From a bacterium (GTDB lineage Bacteria > Patescibacteriota > Microgenomatia > Levybacterales > UBA12049), in the NCBI GenBank assembly GCA_021791545.1, contig JAJYWL010000016.1, forward strand, positions 155,704 through 219,703: DNA of 64,000 nucleotides, in the 5' to 3' direction. Of this stretch, positions 37,434 through 46,845 are shown in pieces. The position numbers and the translations under genes are program-made. Each line of letters opens with the position of its first letter. Position 1 is the first letter of the stretch. Below the pieces are notes generated by a model, which saw nothing but the letters and a program-made list of their open reading frames with translations, was not told the origin of the DNA and searched no databases.

Positions 37434-38159
37434 TTAATTTGTCTCCAGTCTTGATCTTATTACAAGTCTTTTCCAGATAGTTCCGGGAGGCGTACATGTA
37501 ATAAGGGTCAGGAAGCTGTCTGTATAGTTTTGTTCCAGGACACTTGTATTGGCGGGATCTACAACTGTTATATTTTCGATTTTATATTTATATGTTGCTC
37601 CCTGTATGTTTACCAGGATTTCATCTCCTACATTTAATTTATATGCATCGGCAAAAATAGTTTTGTAGTCTTTTTGACTGAAAAGCCAAGGCAGAGTAGA
37701 GTGTCCGAAAATAACTGTATTTCCTTTCTCGGGTGGAACTGCCGTTCCCTGGTAATTTACTAAATGTTTTGCCAAATCATAATCTTGAGTACTGACGGTA
37801 GCATTGGTGATATCAAGTTTAGGAATAGAGATAGTATATGAAGCTATCTTTACAGGATTAGTGCTCTGGCTTTTGTATCCGGGAAACCAGTTTTGTGCAT
37901 TAGTATAATCTATTCCCGAGATTCCCTGAGAAGCTTGTTCAACCATGCTTTCTAAAAATGAAGTGTCGACTATAGAAACTTTGGGAATTGGTGCAGTTAT
38001 TTCTTGATTCGCAAACGCAGGAGCGAAAAATATTTGCCAGAAAATCAAAGGAAAGAATATATAGGCACAGATGATTAATCCTGAAATAAACATTATTCCA
38101 CTAAGAATTTTTAAGTTTCTTTTTTTATTTAAACTATTTTTCTTGTAATAATATTTCAT
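37434..38159 (-). CDS. Sortase family transpeptidase
   Basis: 241 aa with an N-terminal TM anchor, 'VIFGHST' (catalytic His) and 'TLITCTP' (TLxTC with catalytic Cys). Confidence 0.85.
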   Translation of the reverse strand: MKYYYKKNSLNKKRNLKILSGIMFISGLIICAYIFFPLIFWQIFFAPAFANQEITAPIPKVSIVDTSFLESMVEQASQGISGIDYTNAQNWFPGYKSQSTNPVKIASYTISIPKLDITNATVSTQDYDLAKHLVNYQGTAVPPEKGNTVIFGHSTLPWLFSQKDYKTIFADAYKLNVGDEILVNIQGATYKYKIENITVVDPANTSVLEQNYTDSFLTLITCTPPGTIWKRLVIRSRLETN

Positions 38160-40573
38160 TGGGAGACTATGGAAATATTTATTTTAGTAGGATCCTTAGG
38201 CAGATTTTTAGGAAGGAATGGAATACTCGGGGAGACAGAAATTTTTACATCGGTTACTTGGGGTAAATTGGAAATAAAATTTTTTGCTTTATTTACCTCA
38301 AATCCCAATACATCTTTAATTACGGAATTTTGGTCAATTTCCGGGACGAGGGATGCTTTGATAGTCAGATCTGAGGTTACGTTATCTCCGTCTGTTTTTA
38401 TGTTATTTGCTTCTACGGAAAAATTATCTTTATTTACTACCTGATTTGAAGATTTGAAAAGAGAATCGGCAAGACTTAAAATGTCATCTTTTTTATACGT
38501 TACTCCTTTGTAGTTTACAGTTGCTTTAAGAGTAAACTGGTTTGCCTGATCTCCTTCTTTTTTGTCTGTTGATTGGTTATCTAGGGATGTTTCTATAAAT
38601 CCTGGGAGAACCTCATTGTTTCCGTCTACTTTACTTTTTATGTCATCTTTTGCTTTTGATTCAAGTTGTTTTACAAGTTGATCAGATGCTTTTGAAATAT
38701 CATCTTTTGAAACAACGGTGACCTGTTTCTTTGTTCCTCCGGAAAATGCATTATCATTTTTTGCCGCTACAAAAGAACTAGTTCCTATTGAAAACTTTGT
38801 TCCCGACGGAAGGTTGTAGTCTTGCCCTATATCGGACGCCGTTACATTTACATTTGATGTTGATGGTTTCGTTCCCTGGAATGGATCCGAAGTGGCAGCG
38901 GCTACTGTTACTTGGGAATCTGTAGTAAATTCTTTACCGTCGGAACTTGTGACGGTAGTTCCGGAGGGGAATGACTGACTGTTACCGGGGTCGTTATTGA
39001 ATATCGTGATTGTTCCTTTTGCTTTGTCTCCCACATCTTTTTTACCTGTTGCCTGTGCCGTTACCTGACCATCTTCGCTAACGGACATGAATTCTGCTCC
39101 GATTGTATCGTTTGCTACATCTGTTCCCGAAGGCGAGAAAGTGATGCTTTTTGTTTGCTGATCTTCTTTGGGAGATACGCTTATTGTTATCTTAGCTGTT
39201 GATTTTGATGTGACAAAAAATAGACCCAGGATGATTAGAATTAATATAACTACGGGAATAATAAGTTTTTTTACTCCTTTTGATTTATTGAAATTAGAGA
39301 AAAGATTTCCTACGGGCAATTTTTTAAATGAATTTAAAATTTTAGGAAAAGTTTTTTTTGCTAGTAATACTGCCGATTCCATTTGTCCCGGAACTTCTTC
39401 TCTTTCTTCTTGAATTTTCAGTCCTTCCGGAATTTCCTCAATTTCTCTTGCAAACATGGGTTCCTTTGGTTTTTCCGGTTCTTTTGATTTCTCGGATTCT
39501 ATTTCGGGTTCTTTAGGATTCTCGGGTCTAGGTGTTTGAGCAACGTCTACTTCCTCGGAGAATCCAAAATATTCTTTAGACTGATCTTCTCCTATATAGT
39601 CAATTTTTCCTTCTTGTGTTTGCGGTTCTGTTGGTTGGAACTCCTGAATTTTTTCTTCATCTTCCTTTATTTCTTCCGGTTCGGGTTCAATTCTCTCAGG
39701 CTCCTGTTCCGTTTCTTCAGGTGCTTGGGGTTCGGTCATTACTATCTCTTTTTCTTCTTCTTTTTCTTCCTCATCAAATCCAATTTTTTCCGGCTCTTTT
39801 TTGATAAAGTCCGATAAAACTACGGCACCCATTTGCACTCCGGCGGCATAAAGCATTGCCTTGAAAGAGGATTCTTTTGGAAGATTGACGGTTTGAGGAA
39901 GATGCAGGAAGGGTAGACTCTTACTCCATTGGTGGCTTATGAATTCTTGGGAAAGATCTTTTTCTCCGTCGTTGATGATATATATTTTTGAAGGAAGTAT
40001 TTCGGGAGTCTGGAAATGCTTAAGAAGAGTATCAACGGTAAAAGACGGATTTTCGTAAATTTCGGAAGTTCTTGTTTCAATAATTTTACTTGCTTTTACC
40101 AGGGAAACTGTAAGATATTTTTTCCCTATTTCGGAAAGTATAGCCGTCACAGGAGCGCCTTCTTCTTTTTGCAAAAGGCTTATCATAGCTTCTGTAAAGA
40201 CGATAAATCCGACGGGGGTAAGAGAGAGTTTATCGCTAATTTTCTTTAGTTTATCGAGATACTCCTTTTTTATTTTGTTATCTTCGATCCAGTTGTCTTT
40301 TAGTCCGAATATTGTCTTTTTTGTTTCTATGCTTGGTGGTAAAGATTCTTCGGCTTTCGAGATTATTTTGTCCAGTGTTGTCAGAAGTTCTTCGGGGGTT
40401 GCCTCTTCAACAGTCTTGTCGAAATATTCTTCATCCTGTCCTACGGGTTTTATACTGTTTCCGACTTTTTCAAATATTAAAGCTCCTGCTTTTTCGTTCC
40501 TTAAAATTAATGCAAGAAAGTATTCTTTTTCTAACTTTTTTTCAAGAAAAGGCAGAGTGAGTTTCATATTCAT
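38156..40573 (-). CDS. large bitopic membrane protein: cytoplasmic N-terminal domain (possibly FtsA/PilM-like actin fold), acidic repeat linker, TM helix, Ser/Thr-rich extracellular beta-domain region
   Basis: 805 aa with a TM helix near res ~440 and an acidic EEKEEEKE/PEPE linker. N-terminal 'EYFLALILRNEKAGALIFEK' loosely resembles the FtsA/PilM N-terminal strand; this is a weak resemblance. The gene is translationally coupled (4-bp overlap) to the sortase gene. Confidence 0.5.
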   Translation of the reverse strand: MNMKLTLPFLEKKLEKEYFLALILRNEKAGALIFEKVGNSIKPVGQDEEYFDKTVEEATPEELLTTLDKIISKAEESLPPSIETKKTIFGLKDNWIEDNKIKKEYLDKLKKISDKLSLTPVGFIVFTEAMISLLQKEEGAPVTAILSEIGKKYLTVSLVKASKIIETRTSEIYENPSFTVDTLLKHFQTPEILPSKIYIINDGEKDLSQEFISHQWSKSLPFLHLPQTVNLPKESSFKAMLYAAGVQMGAVVLSDFIKKEPEKIGFDEEEKEEEKEIVMTEPQAPEETEQEPERIEPEPEEIKEDEEKIQEFQPTEPQTQEGKIDYIGEDQSKEYFGFSEEVDVAQTPRPENPKEPEIESEKSKEPEKPKEPMFAREIEEIPEGLKIQEEREEVPGQMESAVLLAKKTFPKILNSFKKLPVGNLFSNFNKSKGVKKLIIPVVILILIILGLFFVTSKSTAKITISVSPKEDQQTKSITFSPSGTDVANDTIGAEFMSVSEDGQVTAQATGKKDVGDKAKGTITIFNNDPGNSQSFPSGTTVTSSDGKEFTTDSQVTVAAATSDPFQGTKPSTSNVNVTASDIGQDYNLPSGTKFSIGTSSFVAAKNDNAFSGGTKKQVTVVSKDDISKASDQLVKQLESKAKDDIKSKVDGNNEVLPGFIETSLDNQSTDKKEGDQANQFTLKATVNYKGVTYKKDDILSLADSLFKSSNQVVNKDNFSVEANNIKTDGDNVTSDLTIKASLVPEIDQNSVIKDVLGFEVNKAKNFISNLPQVTDVKISVSPSIPFLPKNLPKDPTKINISIVSQ

Positions 40574-40574
40574 C

Positions 40575-42377
40575 TTATCCGACTACCGCGTATATTCTTC
40601 TTTGTCCGTGTCCAATATTCTCCTGCTTTATTATCTTAAACCTTTTTAGCTTCGATGTAAAATCGACATGAGGTCCTCCACAGAACTCTTTTGAGTAGTC
40701 TCCTACGAAGTAAACTTTTACATCATTTCCGTACTTTTCATCAAAGAGTCCTATCGCTCCCAGTTTTTTTGCTTCTTCCAAAGGCAATATTTCAAAATGA
40801 ACGGGAAGATTTTCTCTGATCTTTTCGTTTATCGTATCTTCAAGTTTTTTGATTTCATCATCTTCTAATTTTCTGTCGAAGTTAAAGTCAAATCTTAATC
40901 TTTCCGTCGTTATATTGCTTCCTGTTTGATGGAGGTCTTCTCCGAACATATCTCTTAAAGCTTTATGGAGTAGATGCGTCGCCGTATGTCCCATTACCGT
41001 TTTTTCACTTGTGTCTGCTAAGCCTCCTCTGAACTTTTGTTGTGCTCCTGCTCTTGAAAGATTTTGATGTTCTTCCATTTTCTTTGCAAAAGCCTGTTCA
41101 TCAAAATCAAAACCTAAGCTTTTTATTTGAGTAGGTGAAAGTCCGTGGGTAGAGTAGAGTATAAAGGCATCTTCCGATGAGATTGTCTTTTTCTCTCCCA
41201 TTATTTCATCTCCAGTTTCGGGATATTTCTTTGATATGAATGCCTTTGCTCTTTGAAGAGTTCCTTTGTAATTTCTCTCTTCTTCCAATATCACGTTTCT
41301 TATTTCTTCATATTTGGAAACCAAATATTCATCTGTTTCTTTGTATTGTTCAAAAACGGAATCGACTATTGAAGTTATATCTTTCCCCGAGAGAGTATAG
41401 AAGTTATCGAAAGCTCTTCTTAAGAGTCTTCTCAAAATGTATCCCTGTTCTTTGTTGGAAGGTCTGACGCCTGCCAAGATGATAAAGACAGAAGCTCCCA
41501 AATGGTCTGTTATTATCTGCATTTCTTTTTTGTTTTCTCCATAGGTTTTAGATGTTTCTTTTTCAATCGTTTTAATCGTCGGATGAAAAAGGGAAGTTTC
41601 AAAAATATCACTTTTTAGTTCCACTGCCGCAAGGAGTCTTTCAAGTCCTCCTCCGAAATCAACATTCTTATTTGGTAGCGGATCAAAGTCTTCTTCGGTT
41701 ACTTTTTTGTATTGCATAAAAACCGAGTTTGCTATCTCTAGGAATTTTCCGCATTCACAGTAGACGGGGGAATCTCCTTCGCATTCGTCTGTGTGCTCAA
41801 TATCGTCAAATCTTATATATACTTCGGTATCGGGTCCTCCAATTTCTCCTACAGGCATTTTGTCGGGAGTTCCGCTTCTTGACCACCAGTTTTTATCTAC
41901 TCCTGCAAAAAAGATTTTTTGCTCCGGAACAAAACCTTCTTTGGTCAAAAGATCTGCCCAGATTTTATAAGATTCTTCGTCTCTTTCAATTTTTTTGAAT
42001 CCGTCAAAAACTGTTATGAAAAGTTTTTCTTTGGGAAGTCCAAGTGTTTCCGTAAGAAATTCCCAGAGCCATGGTATTTCTTCTTTTTTGAAATAATCTC
42101 CAAGACTCCAGTTCCCAAGCATTCTAAAAAATGTTGTGTGTCTATTGTCTCCGACCTCGTCTATATCTACCGCTCTAAATGAGTTCTGTGAGTCGACAAG
42201 TCTTGTTCCCGCAGGATGTTTTTCTCCCATTAGATAGGGAATTAGAGGTTGCATTCCTGAAGAGGTAAATAGGGTAGTGGGATCATTTTCCGGTACCAAA
42301 GGAGAATTTGGGATTTCTACATGATTTTTGTCTTTGAAAAAATTGATATATTTATCTCTTAAATCTTTGGCCGTCAT
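40575..42377 (-). CDS. alaS: Alanyl-tRNA synthetase, truncated form (catalytic + tRNA-recognition + editing-like region; no C-Ala domain)
   Basis: 600 aa with 'FFKDKNHVEIPNSPLVP...TLFTSSGM...NWSLGDYFK' and 'HTATHLLHKAL...CGGPHV'. Confidence 0.85.
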   Translation of the reverse strand: MTAKDLRDKYINFFKDKNHVEIPNSPLVPENDPTTLFTSSGMQPLIPYLMGEKHPAGTRLVDSQNSFRAVDIDEVGDNRHTTFFRMLGNWSLGDYFKKEEIPWLWEFLTETLGLPKEKLFITVFDGFKKIERDEESYKIWADLLTKEGFVPEQKIFFAGVDKNWWSRSGTPDKMPVGEIGGPDTEVYIRFDDIEHTDECEGDSPVYCECGKFLEIANSVFMQYKKVTEEDFDPLPNKNVDFGGGLERLLAAVELKSDIFETSLFHPTIKTIEKETSKTYGENKKEMQIITDHLGASVFIILAGVRPSNKEQGYILRRLLRRAFDNFYTLSGKDITSIVDSVFEQYKETDEYLVSKYEEIRNVILEEERNYKGTLQRAKAFISKKYPETGDEIMGEKKTISSEDAFILYSTHGLSPTQIKSLGFDFDEQAFAKKMEEHQNLSRAGAQQKFRGGLADTSEKTVMGHTATHLLHKALRDMFGEDLHQTGSNITTERLRFDFNFDRKLEDDEIKKLEDTINEKIRENLPVHFEILPLEEAKKLGAIGLFDEKYGNDVKVYFVGDYSKEFCGGPHVDFTSKLKRFKIIKQENIGHGQRRIYAVVG

Positions 42378-42405
42378 TATTGATAAATTATAGCAGAAAA
42401 CAACT

Positions 42406-42639
42406 TCAAACTATATCTATTTCTTCCTCGACAATTTGGGGTCTTTCCGGGATGATGGCCGGATACTCCTGCATAGTTTGAATGTTTGTTGGCGCAAGGA
42501 CAGAAGCAGCAATTACCGCTATGTCATCTCCCGGACAAACAAGGAGTGCCGCCGCAAGAAACAAAGGTTTTAATATTCTTCTTATATCTTTAGTGACATC
42601 TTCTTTGACTAAGGGTTGAGGTGTTTCTCTCTCAAGCAT
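42406..42639 (-). CDS. small hypothetical ORF
   Basis: 77 aa with no features. Confidence 0.2.
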   Translation of the reverse strand: MLERETPQPLVKEDVTKDIRRILKPLFLAAALLVCPGDDIAVIAASVLAPTNIQTMQEYPAIIPERPQIVEEEIDIV

Positions 42640-42757
42640 TTTGAAATTATAGCAAAGGTAGGGAAAATATATAAGCCAATCTTATTACTCATCTTTTCTT
42701 ACAGTTTTCTTACATTCTTTTGTAAATTTATATGAGTCTTTTAAAGATAATTCTTTC

Positions 42758-43270
42758 ATGGCTAACGAAAATCAGGGTTATGGTAAAAGGCCTCTTTGGC
42801 AATGGCTTCTTCTTTATTTAGTAATCGCAGGACTTGCTTATGCCGGTTTTTATTACTTCTTTCTTAAAAAAGGTTCATCTTACAATTTAAGCAGTAATCA
42901 AACTCCTTCATATCAGACTCAAGGTACGAGTAGAGTAACTACAACTCCAACTCCTTCTCCGTCTGTTTCAGTATCCGTTTCTCCATCTGCTGCAGTTTCA
43001 AAAATAACAATTATAGGAACTGAATTTGCATTTACTCCTTCGACGTTTACTGTTAAAGAGGGAGAGCCCGTGACAGTTACTTTCATGAATAACGGAACTT
43101 ATCCTCATAACTTTACTATTTCCGGCCTGAACGTAAAAACTCCCACTATTCAACCGGGAGAGAAAACCGTTCTTACATTTACGCCCATGAAGACAGGAAC
43201 GTTCACATTTGTTTGTACCGTTCCGGGTCATGCCGACAAGGGAATGACGGGCAAGATAACTGTCGAGTGA
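42758..43270 (+). CDS. Membrane-anchored cupredoxin (type-1 blue copper protein, plastocyanin/halocyanin-like)
   Basis: 170 aa with an N-terminal TM helix and a PS/T linker. The beta-sandwich carries 'YPHNF' and 'CTVPGHADKGM', the His/Cys/His/Met Cu ligands. Confidence 0.75.
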   Translation: MANENQGYGKRPLWQWLLLYLVIAGLAYAGFYYFFLKKGSSYNLSSNQTPSYQTQGTSRVTTTPTPSPSVSVSVSPSAAVSKITIIGTEFAFTPSTFTVKEGEPVTVTFMNNGTYPHNFTISGLNVKTPTIQPGEKTVLTFTPMKTGTFTFVCTVPGHADKGMTGKITVE

Positions 43271-43279
43271 ATTTGCCCC

Positions 43280-43363
43280 TTGACAGCCTTGGATTTCCTA
43301 TGGTATAAATTCAATCACCTTATAAGGATTTAGATAAAGGTGTGATACCTTTGGTCTTTTTTT
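43280..43363 (+). promoter_or_regulatory. rpoB promoter (TTGACA-18-TGgTATAAA) followed by leader hairpin + U7 (attenuator-like)
   Basis: TTGACA at 43280-43285 and TATAAA at 43304-43309 with an upstream TG. The hairpin AAAGGU-GUGAU-ACCUUU at 43336-43352 is followed by GGUC and U7 (43357-43363). Confidence 0.5.
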
Positions 43364-43407
43364 GGTATTAACCCCTAAATTCCTTGTGACAATTTTTAAG
43401 ATTACTG

Positions 43408-46400
43408 ATGCCTAAAACTGAATCTAGTTCTAAAGACAATAAGAGCCACATTAGAAGTAACTGGGGTAACTCCTTTTCTGTTTTGCCACAGCTTGATTTG
43501 CTCGCTATCCAAAAACAATCATATGATTGGTTCTTAAAGCAAGGTATTAAAGACATTCTTGATGAAATCTCTCCTATCGAAGATTTTACAGAAAAGAATT
43601 GGAGCCTTGAGCTCAAGGATTACAGAATCGGAAAGATCTCTAATTCTCCCTCTATAGCACTCTCCAAAGGAATAACATTCGACGCACCATTATACGTAAA
43701 CGCAACATTAACAAACAAGAAAACAGGAGCAACATATAATCAGGAGGTATTCTTGGGAGATATTCCTCAAATGACAGACAGAGGAACATTTATAGTAAAT
43801 GGAATCGAAAGATCGGTTGTAAACCAGTTGGTAAGAAGCCCCGGAGTTTTCTTCACGGCAGTTGTAGATAATGTAACAGGAAAAACACTTTACAGTGCAG
43901 AAATAAGACCTGTTCATGGTTCATGGCTTGAATTCACAACAACAAGACACGAAACAATAATGGTAAAAATTGATAGAAGAAGAAAATTCCTCGCTTCTAC
44001 TTTCTTAAGAGCAATCGGTCTTTCTTCAAACGATGAAATAAGAGACAGATTTAAAGAAACAGAAAAAGACGAGAAGTCTTCATATATCGATAATACACTT
44101 CAAAAAGACGAAACAGCAGATTCAACAGATGCTTTGGTAGAAATATTCAGAAAAATGCATCCAGGAGAACCTATTGTTTTGGATAAAGTAAGAGAAAACT
44201 TCAACGGAATGTTCTTCAACAACAGAAGATATGACTTGGGAGATGTCGGAAGATACAAGATAAATAAAAAATTAGAAGGAACAGCAGGATTTAATGCTCC
44301 CGAAGAAGGAACAAAGATTCTTACACTCGAAGATATAATCGGAACAATTAGTTTCCTTATCCAGCTTGCAAACGGGGGAGACGGAGTAGACGATATCGAT
44401 TCCTTGGCAAATAGAAGAGTAAGATGCGTAGGAGAATTGGTAGCAACAACAGCATTTAGAATCGGAGTATTAAGACTTGAAAGATCAGTCAAGGAAAGAA
44501 TGAGCTTGATTCAGGCAGACCAGCCTATTTCAATTTCAAATCTTATTAATGCAAGACCTATTATGGCTGCTATTAACGAATTCTTCAGAACCTCACAGCT
44601 TTCCACAATATTAGACCAGACAAATCCACTTTCAGAAATAGACAACTTAAATAGACTTACAGTCATGGGAACAGGTGGAATTTCAAGAGAAAGAGCAGCT
44701 TTCTCTATCAGAGACATCAATGCTTCCCAGTATTCAAGAATTTGCCCAATCAGAAGCCCTGAAGGTCCTAATATCGGACTTGTTACATATCTTGCTTTGT
44801 ATTCAAAAGTTAACAAATACGGTTTCTTGGAAGCTCCTTACAGAAAAGTAGTTGCTGAAGGAAAAGGAGTAAGAGTAACAGACGAGATCGAATATCTTTC
44901 TGCAGACGACGAACAAAAACACTATGTAACACACGCAGGAGTATTAGATGAAAACGGAAAGATAAAAGACGAAAGAGTTCCTGCAAGATACAAAGGTGAG
45001 TTTATCGAAACAGACAGAGGAAACATTGAATACATAGATGTAGTCCCAAGACAGGTAGTAGGATCTGCTGCTTCTCTTATTCCGTTCGTTTCACATGACG
45101 AAGCAAACAGAGCGCTCATGGGTACTCACATGCAGTGCCAGGCAGTTCCACTTGTTAAACCAGAATCACCAATAGTAGGAACAGGAATGGAAGGACCTAT
45201 CTCCCAGGTAATGGGAAGAGTAGTTCTTGCTCCTTTTGACGGAGTTATAGAATTTGCAGACGCAAACAAAGTAACAATCAAAGGAAAAGGTGAAAAAGAA
45301 GAAGTAACATATTACATTGATTCATTCAAGAGAACATCAAATGCAACTTCATACACACAAAGAACAGTTGTAAAAACAGGCGACAAAGTCAAAAAGGGAG
45401 ATCTTTTGATCGACGGGCCTTCTTCACAAAACGGAGAATTGGCTTTAGGACAGAATCTTTTGATTGCATATACAGCATTCGACGGATTAGGTTATGAAGA
45501 CGGTATCGTAATCTCGGATAGATTGGTAAAAGAAGACGTTCTTTCTTCAATCCACATTGAAAGACACGAAGCAGCAGTCGTTGAAACAAAATTGGGACCG
45601 GAAGAAACAACAAGAGATATTCCAAATGTTTCCGAAGAAGATTTGGCAAACTTGGATGAAGACGGAATCGTAGTAGTAGGATCTGAAGTAGCACCTGGAG
45701 ATATATTGGTAGGAAAAATTGCTCCAAAAGGTGAGACAGAGTTAACAGCAGAAGAAAGACTCTTAAGAGCAATCTTTGGAGAGCAAGCAAGAGAAGTAAG
45801 AGATACATCTCTTAGAATGCCACACGGAGAAAGAGGAACAGTAATTTCAGTTCAGATTCTTGACAGGAAAAAGGGAGACGAATTAGAGCCCGGAACATTA
45901 AGAAAGATTTTAGTCGAAGTTGCTCAGTACAGACACGTTGTAATCGGAGATAAACTTGCAGGAAGACACGGAAACAAAGGAGTAATTTCAAGAATATTAC
46001 CAGAAGTAGATATGCCTCACTTGGCAGACGGAACTCCTGTTGATATAATTATTTCTCCAATCTCCGTACTCGCTCGTATGAACTTGGGACAGCTTTTGGA
46101 AGCACACCTTGGTTGGGCAGCAAGAGAATTGGGAGAAAAAGTTGCTGTTCCGGTCTTCGAAAGACTTGAAGAGGAAAGAATTGTTGAGGAGCTCAAAAAA
46201 GCAGGACTTCCTGTAAACGGAAAAGCAGTCTTGTATGACGGTAGAACAGGTGAACCATACGAGAATCCTGCAGTAGTCGGAATCGAATACGTAATGAAAC
46301 TTATCCACATGGTAGAGGATAAGACTCATGCAAGATCAACAGGACCATACTCTCTTGTTACACAGCAACCTTTGGGAGGAAAAGCCCAAATGGGAGGCCA

Positions 46401-46845
46401 GAGACTCGGAGAGATGGAAGTCTGGGCCTTGGAATCTCATAGAGCAAGATATACATTGCAGGAAATGCTTACAATCAAATCCGACGATGTAGTTGGAAGA
46501 GCAAAAGCATTCGAAGCAATAGTAAAAGGAATGGACATTCCTACACCTAAGGTTCCTGAGTCATTCAAGGTATTAATTAAGGAACTTCAGGCTTTGGGAT
46601 TAAACGTAGTTCCGGTCGGAGCAACAGTAACAGACGCCATCGATGCTCCTTTGGAGGGAGCAGAGGAAGTCAAAAAAGCTGAGTCAGAAGAGGCAGCAAG
46701 AGAAGCCGGAGAAGAGCTTCAGGAAGAATTAGGTTCGGATGAAGTAGTTCCGGAGCAGGATATGGAACAAGCAGGAATGGAAGAATCTGCACCCGTAGAA
46801 GGCGAAGCAACAGAAGAACCGGTAACGGAGGAAACAAATGAATAA
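43408..46845 (+). CDS. rpoB: DNA-directed RNA polymerase subunit beta
   Basis: 1145 aa with conserved blocks throughout, e.g. 'NRRVRCVGELV' and 'GQRLGEMEVWALE'. Confidence 0.97.
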   Translation: MPKTESSSKDNKSHIRSNWGNSFSVLPQLDLLAIQKQSYDWFLKQGIKDILDEISPIEDFTEKNWSLELKDYRIGKISNSPSIALSKGITFDAPLYVNATLTNKKTGATYNQEVFLGDIPQMTDRGTFIVNGIERSVVNQLVRSPGVFFTAVVDNVTGKTLYSAEIRPVHGSWLEFTTTRHETIMVKIDRRRKFLASTFLRAIGLSSNDEIRDRFKETEKDEKSSYIDNTLQKDETADSTDALVEIFRKMHPGEPIVLDKVRENFNGMFFNNRRYDLGDVGRYKINKKLEGTAGFNAPEEGTKILTLEDIIGTISFLIQLANGGDGVDDIDSLANRRVRCVGELVATTAFRIGVLRLERSVKERMSLIQADQPISISNLINARPIMAAINEFFRTSQLSTILDQTNPLSEIDNLNRLTVMGTGGISRERAAFSIRDINASQYSRICPIRSPEGPNIGLVTYLALYSKVNKYGFLEAPYRKVVAEGKGVRVTDEIEYLSADDEQKHYVTHAGVLDENGKIKDERVPARYKGEFIETDRGNIEYIDVVPRQVVGSAASLIPFVSHDEANRALMGTHMQCQAVPLVKPESPIVGTGMEGPISQVMGRVVLAPFDGVIEFADANKVTIKGKGEKEEVTYYIDSFKRTSNATSYTQRTVVKTGDKVKKGDLLIDGPSSQNGELALGQNLLIAYTAFDGLGYEDGIVISDRLVKEDVLSSIHIERHEAAVVETKLGPEETTRDIPNVSEEDLANLDEDGIVVVGSEVAPGDILVGKIAPKGETELTAEERLLRAIFGEQAREVRDTSLRMPHGERGTVISVQILDRKKGDELEPGTLRKILVEVAQYRHVVIGDKLAGRHGNKGVISRILPEVDMPHLADGTPVDIIISPISVLARMNLGQLLEAHLGWAARELGEKVAVPVFERLEEERIVEELKKAGLPVNGKAVLYDGRTGEPYENPAVVGIEYVMKLIHMVEDKTHARSTGPYSLVTQQPLGGKAQMGGQRLGEMEVWALESHRARYTLQEMLTIKSDDVVGRAKAFEAIVKGMDIPTPKVPESFKVLIKELQALGLNVVPVGATVTDAIDAPLEGAEEVKKAESEEAAREAGEELQEELGSDEVVPEQDMEQAGMEESAPVEGEATEEPVTEETNE

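Noticed and set aside
42406-42639. 77-aa minus-strand ORF between alaS and the cupredoxin gene as a real gene
   Set aside because: It has no motifs or SD and sits in a divergent intergenic region. It is kept only as a very low confidence feature.
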